From an uncultured Pseudomonadales bacterium (GTDB taxonomy: Bacteria > Pseudomonadota > Gammaproteobacteria > Pseudomonadales > UBA7434), in assembly GCA_943788835.1 (NCBI GenBank), contig CALSRU010000005.1:21343-85342 (forward strand): 64,000 nucleotides of DNA, in the 5' to 3' direction. Positions 21,233-29,943 of this stretch are shown here, piece after piece. Under the pieces are notes generated by a model. It ran no database searches. It worked only from the letters and a program-made list of their open reading frames with translations, and was not told the DNA's origin. The first letter of the stretch is position 1. Each line of letters starts with the position of its first letter. The translations under genes were made by a program, and so were the position numbers.

Positions 21233-21674
21233 ATTGATTGCGAGCAGTTTTCGGTGGAGTGATGGTGTTCCAATAATGGCTTTGAGAGCGGTAAGGCAGC
21301 CCGCTGAGCTATGACATTGCGAGGGGGCAACTTACCACACTCGTGAGTTTCTAGCCTGCAATTACTACTTTTCTGTGGCCCAATGAGCTTTTGGAGTGCG
21401 AGTTAGACTGGATGTTTGGCACTGCCGGTTGCACCGCCGGTTAAAGTGGCTAGTTTTTCTAGCCTGCTGATTTCACGTGATGATGCAAGCTGGGCTAGTT
21501 TATCGGAGCAAGCGTATGTATTTCAGTCCGACGCAAAATGTACAGCAATATAACTGGACTTCCAATTCGGTGAAGATGTTAAAATCTCTGGCTCACGACT
21601 GCTCTCTTGGCTCAGCGCTGTGAGTAGCGCTCATCTGGCTATAAAACTTGACGTTAACAGTAATGGATCGACCT

Positions 21675-22292
21675 ATGAATCTTTTTCGCATAATTTTAAT
21701 TGCACTTTGCACCGCGGCAGGTGGTATATCGGTGGCGCAGGCAGGTGGTGACCCACAAGCTGGTCAACAGCTTATTGCCAGTTGCACAGCCTGTCATGGT
21801 AAAGATGGTAACAGCGCCTCGCCAGCCAACCCTAAATTGGCCGGCCAAAGCGAAAAATATTTGCTCAAACAGCTCAAAGATATTAAAAGTGGCGCGCGCG
21901 ACATAGCCATCATGACGGGTCAATTGGACAATCTGACGGTTACCGATATGTCCAATATCGCAGCCTATTTTGCAGGTCAAACGCAAACTGCCGGAACAGC
22001 TAAGCCTGAATTGGCTGAGTTAGGACGAGAAATATACCGTAATGGTAACCATGAGCGAGGCATCGCAGCTTGCACCGGTTGCCACGGCCCAGCTGGAGCA
22101 GGTAATGGTCCTGCCGGCTACCCAATGATTGCCGGCCAGCACGGGGACTATATTGCTCAGCAGTTGCGTCACTTTGCCGAAGGTCGACGCATGAATGACG
22201 GTGGTGGCCGAGTAATGAGAGGCATTGCGGAACGAATGAATGAAAATGAAATCAAAGCGGTAGCCAGTTATATTGAAGGTTTGCGCCGCTAA
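21675..22292 (+). CDS. dihaem cytochrome c4
   Basis: Signal peptide MNLFRIILIALCTAAGGISVAQA and two CXXCH motifs (CTACHG, CTGCHG). The neighbourhood engB / c4 / dsbA matches Pseudomonas. Confidence 0.9.
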   Translation: MNLFRIILIALCTAAGGISVAQAGGDPQAGQQLIASCTACHGKDGNSASPANPKLAGQSEKYLLKQLKDIKSGARDIAIMTGQLDNLTVTDMSNIAAYFAGQTQTAGTAKPELAELGREIYRNGNHERGIAACTGCHGPAGAGNGPAGYPMIAGQHGDYIAQQLRHFAEGRRMNDGGGRVMRGIAERMNENEIKAVASYIEGLRR

Positions 22293-22350
22293 GTTTGGTG
22301 GTTTTTTCCAGTTTTAAGATAATGAACAACAACACCTAGGGTCTTTGTTT

Positions 22351-23052
22351 ATGACATTATTGATTGCATCACTGCAAAAGTTTGCTCCGTCATTGGCTGC
22401 TTTAACGGTCGTTTGCCTAGTCGTGGCGGGTGCTCAGGCCCAACCTATGGCCATTCCCAAGTATATTGCCGGCGAGCATTATCAGGTGCTGCCAGATCCA
22501 ATAAAGGTCGTGGCTGATGACAAGATTGAGGTGATGGAGATTTTTTGGTATGGCTGTGGCCACTGCAAAGATTTTGAGCCTTTGATTGTGGCCTGGCAAA
22601 AAAGCATGCCCGATGATGTGGCCTTTGCCCGCACGCCAGCAGTGTGGCGTAAGCAAATGCGTCCCCATGCGGCTTTGTACTATGTTGCCGAGGCATTAAA
22701 TCTGCCGCACCAGGTGCAAATCGACTTATTTAACTTATTAATTAAAAATCGTAGTCTTAATGACCAGAAAAAATTTGCTGCGGTATTCGCTCGCTACGGA
22801 GTGAGTTCCGAGGACTTCGACAAGCTGTATAAATCGTTTGGCACCACGAGTAAGGTTAATAAGGCCGAGAAGCGTCTGCGCAAAAATTATTTGTCGCAAG
22901 GTACGCCAGAAGTAGTGGTAAATGGTAAATACCGGGTTGCTTCAGGCAAGGGCCTTAGCCAGGCGGGCATGCTGGAGGTGGTCAATTTTCTTATCGAGCT
23001 TGAGCGCAGTGCTAAACCAGTGGCCGGGCTTTCAAAGGGTGCCGCCAGTTAG
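22351..23052 (+). CDS. dsbA: thiol:disulfide interchange protein DsbA
   Basis: Signal peptide, the active site FWYGCGHC, and a thioredoxin-fold C-terminus GTPEVVVNGKY. ATG 22351 lies inside the TTG-initiated ORF at 22345. Confidence 0.9.
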   Translation: MTLLIASLQKFAPSLAALTVVCLVVAGAQAQPMAIPKYIAGEHYQVLPDPIKVVADDKIEVMEIFWYGCGHCKDFEPLIVAWQKSMPDDVAFARTPAVWRKQMRPHAALYYVAEALNLPHQVQIDLFNLLIKNRSLNDQKKFAAVFARYGVSSEDFDKLYKSFGTTSKVNKAEKRLRKNYLSQGTPEVVVNGKYRVASGKGLSQAGMLEVVNFLIELERSAKPVAGLSKGAAS

Positions 23053-23335
23053 CGGCGACAGCTTATTGGGCTATGTCAGATTCAGCCCTGCTGACATTTT
23101 ACCGCAGGCTATGTTCTCGGCGCGAGGGGGCGAAACATTTAGTGGTAGCGCCCAAGTCTCGCGCTTAAGGCGTTTGTTAGGTGACGAATTTATTGGTTAA
23201 CTAGGCCCAGACTGCGTTGGCAATATTTTGTGCTTAGACTAAACTTTACGAGTCTTAAACATTCAAATAAAATTGCTCTGCGCTTTATGGTTGAATTAGC
23301 TGCGCAGAGAGGCACTACTAGGCGGGGCGTTTCAC

Positions 23336-23527
23336 ATGGTTATGTCAAGAGTTGCAGGAACAGACAAAGACACTGGCGGCGAGCAAAAGCCTGCAGCGGA
23401 CGTTTTTGACCAAATTACTGAGGCGCTTGAGGAGCGAGAAGGCTCCGATCGCAGAAGGCAGCATCAGACCGTTGATTTGCCTATAGATCGCCGAAAAAAC
23501 GATCGGCGAGGCGAAAGAGCTTCATAG
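23336..23527 (+). CDS. small Arg/Asp-rich hypothetical protein
   Basis: 63-aa ORF with repeated DRR elements (SDRRRQH, IDRRKNDRRGER). A hairpin and T-run lie about 50 nt downstream. No family recognised, so it may be non-coding. Confidence 0.3.
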   Translation: MVMSRVAGTDKDTGGEQKPAADVFDQITEALEEREGSDRRRQHQTVDLPIDRRKNDRRGERAS

Positions 23528-23577
23528 TATTTGCCGGCTGTATCAGCAGTAACCTCCCTAATTCCTCTTTTAACCTA

Positions 23578-23608
23578 GGTCTTACAACACTGTAAGATCT
23601 CTCTTTTC
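23578..23608 (+). terminator. rho-independent terminator-like hairpin
   Basis: GGTCTTACA-acac-TGTAAGATC forms 9 bp including one G-U pair, followed by TCTCTTTTC. Confidence 0.45.
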
Positions 23609-24101
23609 GAGCGCGGTTATCGTGTTGCTTGGTACTCGCTGAGTCTCACGTTGGTGAGGCTCCGATCTCTTTCAACTTGTAAGCGTAAGGCGCGTTATTG
23701 TGCTCGGTTGTTTGCTTAACCGTTGCGTTGAAAAAATTTGTCATATATTATGCTAATTTATTTTTAAGGCTCTGCAAGGTTTTTCTTCTCGAGGCCGCTC
23801 ACTTCTGGTCCTTTTAACCAGCCTTCATTTTTTGTGAAGTTAACATTGTAAAATTTCTATTGTATAATTTTATCAATTTTTTTGTAGAATATCGGAGACT
23901 TAAAGGTGATAGAGCCAAAAGTAGCTGTCTGTTTTCAATTGGTATGGCCCAATAGACGGTGCAAGTAGTGTGTTCTGGTGAGCACTGTCGGCGTGCATTG
24001 GGTATCTTTTGCAATGTGGTGCCTGTGAGTTAAAACTCGCAAAGGTTGATTGACGGCTCTTAATGAACTCTTCAGCAAAACCATAGGGTAGTGATATTTA
24101 T

Positions 24102-25241
24102 ATGTTAATAGCTATTCCCAAAGAGACTGCTAGTGGAGAGAAGCGCGCAGCGCTGATTCCCGCATCGGTCAAAAAGCTCGTGCAGCTAGGCGCGCAAGTG
24201 AGCGTTGAAACTCGTCTGGGCGCAGCGGCCGGGTTTTCTGATGACGAGTATCAAGCTGCTGGTGCGAGCTTGGTGAATGATCGATCTGCGTTACTTGCAG
24301 CCGCTCAAATGGTTTTGCGGGTAAGAAAACCTGAGCTTGCAGATATCGAATTATTACAGCCAGGCTGTATTCATGTGAGCTTTCTTGACCCATTTAATGA
24401 AACAGCCATCATCGATGCGATGCGTGAGCGAAATATTAGCGCCATTAGCATGGAGATGATTCCTCGCTCCACCCGTTCACAAAAAATGGATGCCTTAAGT
24501 TCTCAGGCCAACTTGGCTGGCTATGTGATGGCCTTAAAGGCGGCAACTTATTTGCCCTCAATCTTACCGATGATGATGACCCCGGCAGGCACCCTCAAGC
24601 CTGCTAAGGTTTTCGTGATTGGCGCAGGTGTAGCCGGGCTGCAAGCTATTGCTACGGCGAAAAGATTAGGCGCGCAAGTTACAGCGTTTGATACTCGCAG
24701 CGAAGTGGCCGAGCAGGTTCATTCCGTTGGAGCTAAATTCCTTGAGATCGATTTAGGTGAAACCGGTTCAACCAAAGACGGTTACGCCAAAGAGTTAACC
24801 GCCGAGCAGTTGCAAATACAGCGTGAGGCGCAACAAGAAGTGATTGCTAACTCTGATGCGGTGATTACTACGGCCCAGGTGTTTGGGCGCAAGCCCCCGG
24901 TTATTGTGCCAAAAGAATTTGTTGCTGGTATGCGAGCCGGTAGCGTTGTGATTGATATGGCGGCAGAAACTGGCGGCAATGTAGAGGGCTCAGTACCGGG
25001 TGAAGTGGTTAGCGTGAATGGCGTCAATATTGTGGGTACGGGCAACTGGCCTAATGAAGTGGCGCGCGATGCATCGCAAATGTATTCCAGTAATCTTTAT
25101 AACCTTGTGGAAGAATTCTGGAGTAAAGATGAGCAAAAAGTGGTGCTTGATTTTGAAAACGATTTAATTGGTTGCGTGATTACGCACCAGCAAGAAATCG
25201 TGAATCAAGTCATTGCCAATTTACGCAGTGGAGGAGGCTAA
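24102..25241 (+). CDS. pntAA: NAD(P) transhydrogenase subunit alpha part 1
   Basis: 379 aa with an alanine-dehydrogenase/PNT fold (VFVIGAGVAGLQAIATAKRLGA), followed by pntAB and pntB. Confidence 0.93.
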   Translation: MLIAIPKETASGEKRAALIPASVKKLVQLGAQVSVETRLGAAAGFSDDEYQAAGASLVNDRSALLAAAQMVLRVRKPELADIELLQPGCIHVSFLDPFNETAIIDAMRERNISAISMEMIPRSTRSQKMDALSSQANLAGYVMALKAATYLPSILPMMMTPAGTLKPAKVFVIGAGVAGLQAIATAKRLGAQVTAFDTRSEVAEQVHSVGAKFLEIDLGETGSTKDGYAKELTAEQLQIQREAQQEVIANSDAVITTAQVFGRKPPVIVPKEFVAGMRAGSVVIDMAAETGGNVEGSVPGEVVSVNGVNIVGTGNWPNEVARDASQMYSSNLYNLVEEFWSKDEQKVVLDFENDLIGCVITHQQEIVNQVIANLRSGGG

Positions 25242-25242
25242 C

Positions 25243-25536
25243 GTGGAAATTATTTTTCTTACTTTTGTTTTTGTGTTGTCGATTTTTCTCGGCTTTGAGC
25301 TGATTAACAAAGTCCCATCAACGCTGCACACACCTTTGATGTCGGGTTCTAATGCGATATCGGGCATCACATTGGTCGGCGCTCTAGCGTCTGCAGGCTC
25401 TGCCAACCAGTCCTTGGCTACCATACTCGGGACACTTGCAGTGGCATTTGCAACCATTAACGTGGTTGGCGGATATCTTGTTACGGATCGTATGTTGGCA
25501 ATGTTTAAAAAGAAAAAACAGGGCGGTGAAAGCTGA
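25243..25536 (+). CDS. pntAB: NAD(P) transhydrogenase subunit alpha part 2 (membrane)
   Basis: GTG 25243 lies 1 nt after the pntAA stop and just downstream of GGAGGAGG. 97 aa with TM helices (HTPLMSGSNAISGITLVGAL). Confidence 0.85.
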   Translation: MEIIFLTFVFVLSIFLGFELINKVPSTLHTPLMSGSNAISGITLVGALASAGSANQSLATILGTLAVAFATINVVGGYLVTDRMLAMFKKKKQGGES

Positions 25537-26927
25537 TGTCGACCGGTATTATTATCAATTTGGTATATGTGGCGTCTGCGGTTCTTTTTATTTTTGGGCT
25601 TAAGTTACTAGGGTCGCCCGACACTGCCCGACGTGGCAATTTAATTTCGGCAGCGGGTATGTTTATCGCCGTTGTTGTGACGTTGCTCGATCAAAAAATT
25701 ATTGCTTATGAATATATTGCTCTTGGCATTGTGCTGGGTGCATTGGTTGGGGCTGTGGCAGCTCGTAAAGTTGCCATGACTGGTATGCCAGAGCTCGTAG
25801 CGTTGTTTAATGGTTTTGGTGGTTTGGCCAGCTTAATGGTTGGTTGGGCTGCGCTTGCTGTGGCGCTGTCGATCGCTGATGCAACTGCCACGGTGCCTCT
25901 GTTCACATTAGTGACGGTGTTTATTTCGATACTAATAGGTGGTCTCACATTTACCGGTTCGCTACTGGCCTATGGCAAATTAAGCGAGCGGATTTCTGGG
26001 CGTCCATTTATGTATGCAGGTCAACGCATTGTTAATGGTCTGATCTTGCTAGCAGTATTGGCCTGCGCGGTGTTATTTATTCTTGATCCAACTAATCAAA
26101 ATTGGCTCTATTTGGCAGTCGCTCTGGCGCTGGTGCTGGGTGTTATGTTTGTGCTGCCAATTGGCGGTGCAGATATGCCTGTCGTTATCGCCTTGCTCAA
26201 TAGTTTATCGGGTGTAGCCGCTGCGGCTGCCGGCTTTGCCATAGGCAATATCTTGTTGATTGTGGCTGGCTCTTTGGTTGGCGCAAGCGGCCTTATCCTC
26301 ACCAATATTATGTGTAAGGCGATGAATCGCTCGTTGCGCAATGTATTGTTTTCCGGTTTTGGCGTAGTCAAGAAAGTGTCCGGCCCAGTCGTGGAGCAGG
26401 GTGAGGTTAATCCAATTACTGCCGATGATGCCTACTATATTCTTGAAGCGGCGGCCAGTGTGGTTATTATTCCTGGTTATGGGATGGCTGTTGCGCAGGC
26501 TCAACACGCCGTTAAGGAGTTGCAGACGATACTCGAAGCTAATGGTGTGGAGGTGGTTTATGCTATCCACCCTGTTGCTGGGCGGATGCCGGGTCATATG
26601 AACGTCTTGCTCGCTGAAGCTGATGTCCCCTATGATTTACTGTTAGAAATGGACCAGGTTAATCCGCGCCTTGAGATGTTTGATGTGGCGTTAGTCATTG
26701 GTGCCAATGATGTGGTTAACCCCGCGGCGCGAGAGGTTGAATCAAGTCCCATTTATGGCATGCCGGTCATTAATGCAGATAAGGCGCGTACGGTATTTGT
26801 TCTTAAGCGTTCGATGGCCTCTGGCTTTGCTGGCATTGATAATCCTTTATTCTTTAAAGAAAATACACGTATGTTGTTTGGTGATGCCAAAGAGATGTTG
26901 GGTAACTTGGTCAAAGCATTTGATTAA
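25536..26927 (+). CDS. pntB: NAD(P) transhydrogenase subunit beta
   Basis: 463 aa. A multi-TM N-terminus is followed by the NADP(H)-binding dIII domain (IIPGYGMAVAQAQH, HPVAGRMPGHMNVLLAEA, GANDVVNP). The ATG overlaps the pntAB stop. Confidence 0.93.
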   Translation: MSTGIIINLVYVASAVLFIFGLKLLGSPDTARRGNLISAAGMFIAVVVTLLDQKIIAYEYIALGIVLGALVGAVAARKVAMTGMPELVALFNGFGGLASLMVGWAALAVALSIADATATVPLFTLVTVFISILIGGLTFTGSLLAYGKLSERISGRPFMYAGQRIVNGLILLAVLACAVLFILDPTNQNWLYLAVALALVLGVMFVLPIGGADMPVVIALLNSLSGVAAAAAGFAIGNILLIVAGSLVGASGLILTNIMCKAMNRSLRNVLFSGFGVVKKVSGPVVEQGEVNPITADDAYYILEAAASVVIIPGYGMAVAQAQHAVKELQTILEANGVEVVYAIHPVAGRMPGHMNVLLAEADVPYDLLLEMDQVNPRLEMFDVALVIGANDVVNPAAREVESSPIYGMPVINADKARTVFVLKRSMASGFAGIDNPLFFKENTRMLFGDAKEMLGNLVKAFD

Positions 26928-26974
26928 GAGCGTGATGTAAATTTATCGAGCTATGCGTAGCTTAGCCTGTAGTC

Positions 26975-27012
26975 CAAAAAAACTGCTGCCAATGAGTGCG
27001 GCGGTTTTTTTT
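26975..27012. terminator. bidirectional rho-independent terminator (pntB / GST gene)
   Basis: A-run, then stem CTGCTGC...GCGGCGG (two G-U pairs), then TTTTTTTT. It sits between convergent genes. Confidence 0.7.
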
Positions 27013-27020
27013 GTTCTTTT

Positions 27021-27734
27021 TTAAAAGACGGTTGGGGTATCCTGCGCTTGCCAAGGCTTGTATTTTTGCATGATGCGACTAAATAAATTCGAATCTAAAA
27101 ACGCTTTTAGCCATTGTTGAAGTAATGGATAGTTAGTCTGTTCAAACCAGTTTGGATCAACTGATGCGAATTGTCTTATGAAGGGCATGATCGCGACATC
27201 AGCTAGGCTGATAGCGTTGCCCAGTAAGAAATCGTTCTGGCTTAGTAGTTGTTCAAGCTGACTTAAAAATAATAGCGCTTGCGTTCGGTAATACTCAGGC
27301 GTGCACTCAGGATGCCGGTCGGCATATTTGTACCTATCTAGCCAGTATTTAAACTCTCCGTCATTAAAAGCAATGAGAGCGGGCATGTTGGTAGCTGATT
27401 TTTTTTGATTTACCACCGCTTTTATTTGGCGCCAATCTTCCGGATCATTTTTAGTCAAAGCCCAAGACATAATATCGAGGCTCTCTTCAATTACCTGCCC
27501 GTCTGGTAGTAGCAGTATGGGCACCGTGCCTTTGGGCGATAGGTCGAGCATAGTGCTCGGCTTATTCTTTAGTTCTATTTCTCTTAGCTCAACCTTTAGG
27601 TCGGCATATGTTATCGCCATGCGTGCGCGCATGGCATAAGGGCAGCGTCGAAATGAGTAGAGGATGGGTAGATTTGAGGTACTGCCTGAAGATGGCGTGG
27701 ATGATTTGCTATTCAATGGGGCAGGTTTTTCCAT
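27021..27734 (-). CDS. glutathione S-transferase family protein
   Basis: 237 aa. The thioredoxin-like N-domain has LYSFRRCPYAMRARMA and VPILLLPDG, followed by a helical GST C-domain. Confidence 0.85.
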   Translation of the reverse strand: MEKPAPLNSKSSTPSSGSTSNLPILYSFRRCPYAMRARMAITYADLKVELREIELKNKPSTMLDLSPKGTVPILLLPDGQVIEESLDIMSWALTKNDPEDWRQIKAVVNQKKSATNMPALIAFNDGEFKYWLDRYKYADRHPECTPEYYRTQALLFLSQLEQLLSQNDFLLGNAISLADVAIMPFIRQFASVDPNWFEQTNYPLLQQWLKAFLDSNLFSRIMQKYKPWQAQDTPTVF

Positions 27735-27739
27735 AGCGA

Positions 27740-28600
27740 TTATACCAGGCTCGATTTGATGAAGCCGGCTAAGCGTTCGGTGGCCTCGGAAGCGCTCCGT
27801 TTTTCGTACTGAAGGCTAATGTCAATGGCGCCCAGCTCGGGTAAGCCTTCATGATTGCTGCCCTTGCCAAGGACTAATAGCTCCTCTGGCACGGTGCTGC
27901 CTGCCAGTACTGTAACGCCAAGGCCTTCTTGAATAGCGGCTTGAATGCCCGACAGGTCGGGATTGGTATGGATGATCCTCCAGGGCCGTTTCATTTTGTC
28001 TAGTGAGCGCAGGGCGCGCTTCCGATAGAGGCAGCCATCTTGAGCTAGCACTAGTGGAAGGCTTTGCTGCCGATCGATGCGATGTTCATGGCTGCCTACC
28101 CAAACGAGTTCATCAGACCGAATGAGTCCCCGGCGCGTTGCTGAGGGTTTGTCGTGTAAGGCCAAAATTAGGTCATATTGTTCTCGCTGCTGCTCGGAGA
28201 GTAGGTTGCGGCTCAAGTCGCTAAAGACCTCTAGCGCCACATTGGGGTAGGCTGCTGTAAATCGACCAACAATCTTAGGTAGCAGCGTAGTGGCAAACTC
28301 GCTGGGTATGCCCAGGCGTATCTGGCCGGCGAGTTCCGTTCGAGAAAATTCAGCTAAAAGTCGGTCATTGAGCGCGAGGATTTCCTTGGCGTAGTCATAG
28401 GCGATGCTGCCTTGTGATGAAAGTGTGAGCTTGCGGTTGAAGCGCATGAGTAATTCGCTTCCTAGCGTTTCTTCGAGCTTTTTAATTTGCAGGCTCGTGG
28501 CCGGTTGTGATCGCCCTAGCTGGTCGGCAGCATTGGTTACCGAGCCAAGGTCGGTTGTGACCACAAAAGCCCGCAAAGAGTCTATCGAAAGATTTCGCAT
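27740..28600 (-). CDS. LysR-family transcriptional regulator
   Basis: N-terminal wHTH (LRAFVVTTDLGSVTNAADQLGRSQPATSLQIKKLEETLG) and a LysR substrate-binding domain. It lies 5 nt upstream of the GST gene and is divergent from gcvT. Confidence 0.9.
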   Translation of the reverse strand: MRNLSIDSLRAFVVTTDLGSVTNAADQLGRSQPATSLQIKKLEETLGSELLMRFNRKLTLSSQGSIAYDYAKEILALNDRLLAEFSRTELAGQIRLGIPSEFATTLLPKIVGRFTAAYPNVALEVFSDLSRNLLSEQQREQYDLILALHDKPSATRRGLIRSDELVWVGSHEHRIDRQQSLPLVLAQDGCLYRKRALRSLDKMKRPWRIIHTNPDLSGIQAAIQEGLGVTVLAGSTVPEELLVLGKGSNHEGLPELGAIDISLQYEKRSASEATERLAGFIKSSLV

Positions 28601-28779
28601 TGTGCTGGCGTATCCTGAAGGCTGCTTTTAATGGCTTAGCGCCATCCGTTGAGTGTAAGTCTAGGTATTTAAATTATAAATAAGTTTATCACAAGTATTT
28701 ATTTAACAAATGAGTTTTTGAGCGTTAATATCTCATTCAAATTTCACTAACGCCAGCCATCGCTGCTACTCAATACTCT

Positions 28780-29937
28780 ATGTCCAACATGATCACCGAT
28801 CCAGCCGAAACCGCATTATATTCTCTGCATGTTGATGCGGGAGCACGTATGGTGCCATTTGCAGGTTACGCCATGCCTGTTCAATATACAGGGATAAAAG
28901 CCGAGCACTTACATACTCGCAGTCGGGCGGGGCTGTTTGATGTGTCGCACATGGGGCAGGTGTTGGTCAGTGGCGAAAATGCAGCTGCGGAGCTTGAGCG
29001 TTTACTGCCGGTCGATCTTGAGAGTCTTGAGGTGGACGATTTGTGCTATACGTTTTTTACCAATTCAGTCGGCGGTATTTTAGATGATCTGATTGTGGTT
29101 CGGCGCAGCCCTGTTGATTTTATGCTGGTGGTTAATGCTGGTTGCAAGCATGACGACATAGCGTATCTAAAGAAATATTTGTCAGCAGATGTTGCTGTCG
29201 ACTACTTTGAGGAGCAGACGTTGCTAGCTTTACAGGGCCCGAGCGCAGAGGCGGCATTAGTTACCGTGCTGGCTGATATTGCCGAGCCGCTTGCGCAGCT
29301 TGGATTTATGCAAGGCTTGAGCGTGCAGTTGGCGCTCGATGACAGCGTAGTCGATATGTATATTTCACGCTCGGGTTATACCGGTGAAGACGGCTTTGAA
29401 ATATCGTTGCCCAATGTTTTTGCAACTATTTTTGCCAACCAGTTGTTGCTGCAAGCTGAGGTCGAGTGGGTAGGCTTGGGTGCGCGTGATTCATTACGCC
29501 TTGAGGCGGGTTTGTGTCTGTATGGGCATGACTTGAATGTTGAAACAACGCCTGTTGAGGCTGGCTTAAGCTGGAGCATTGATAAAAAGCGGCGCGCGGG
29601 CGGTAGCAAAGCTGGGGGCTTTCCAGGTGCAGCTATTATTTTTGAGCAAATGAATACTGGGCCCAATAAAAAACGTGCAGGGTTTACTGTGGATGGTCGA
29701 GTGCCTGTGCGCGAAGGTGCCGAGGTTGTTAATCAGCACGGTGGTTGTGTGGGGTATGTTACTAGTGGTGGCTTTGCGCCAAGCTTAGATGGTTCAGTTG
29801 TTATGGCATACATCGAAACCGCTGCACTGAGCAATCCAGATACAGAATATTTCGCGGTTGTGCGGGGTAAGAAGCAGGCATTGAGCCGATGCGGCATGCC
29901 CTTTGTTGCACACAAGTATAAAAGAACTCGGGATTAA
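28780..29937 (+). CDS. gcvT: glycine cleavage system aminomethyltransferase (T protein)
   Basis: 385 aa with MVPFAGYAMPVQY, GLFDVSHMGQ and SRSGYTGEDGFEIS. Confidence 0.93.
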   Translation: MSNMITDPAETALYSLHVDAGARMVPFAGYAMPVQYTGIKAEHLHTRSRAGLFDVSHMGQVLVSGENAAAELERLLPVDLESLEVDDLCYTFFTNSVGGILDDLIVVRRSPVDFMLVVNAGCKHDDIAYLKKYLSADVAVDYFEEQTLLALQGPSAEAALVTVLADIAEPLAQLGFMQGLSVQLALDDSVVDMYISRSGYTGEDGFEISLPNVFATIFANQLLLQAEVEWVGLGARDSLRLEAGLCLYGHDLNVETTPVEAGLSWSIDKKRRAGGSKAGGFPGAAIIFEQMNTGPNKKRAGFTVDGRVPVREGAEVVNQHGGCVGYVTSGGFAPSLDGSVVMAYIETAALSNPDTEYFAVVRGKKQALSRCGMPFVAHKYKRTRD

Positions 29938-29943
29938 AACGTT

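Noticed and set aside
21233-21674. Spot 42 (spf)-like sRNA next to engB
   Set aside because: The region has no sequence resembling E. coli Spot 42 or its strong terminator. Only the repeat and hairpin reported above are present.
23580-23597. CTTACA-acac-TGTAAG considered as a GacA (UAS) box for an Rsm-type sRNA
   Set aside because: The GacA box is TGTAAG-N6-CTTACA, with the opposite half-site order and a different spacing. The flanking sequence is not GGA-rich. It is more simply explained as a terminator stem.
28601-28779. Glycine riboswitch upstream of gcvT
   Set aside because: The region is AT-rich and lacks the GC-rich conserved helices and GGAGAG/CACCG-type cores I associate with glycine aptamers. 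A covariance-model scan would be decisive.
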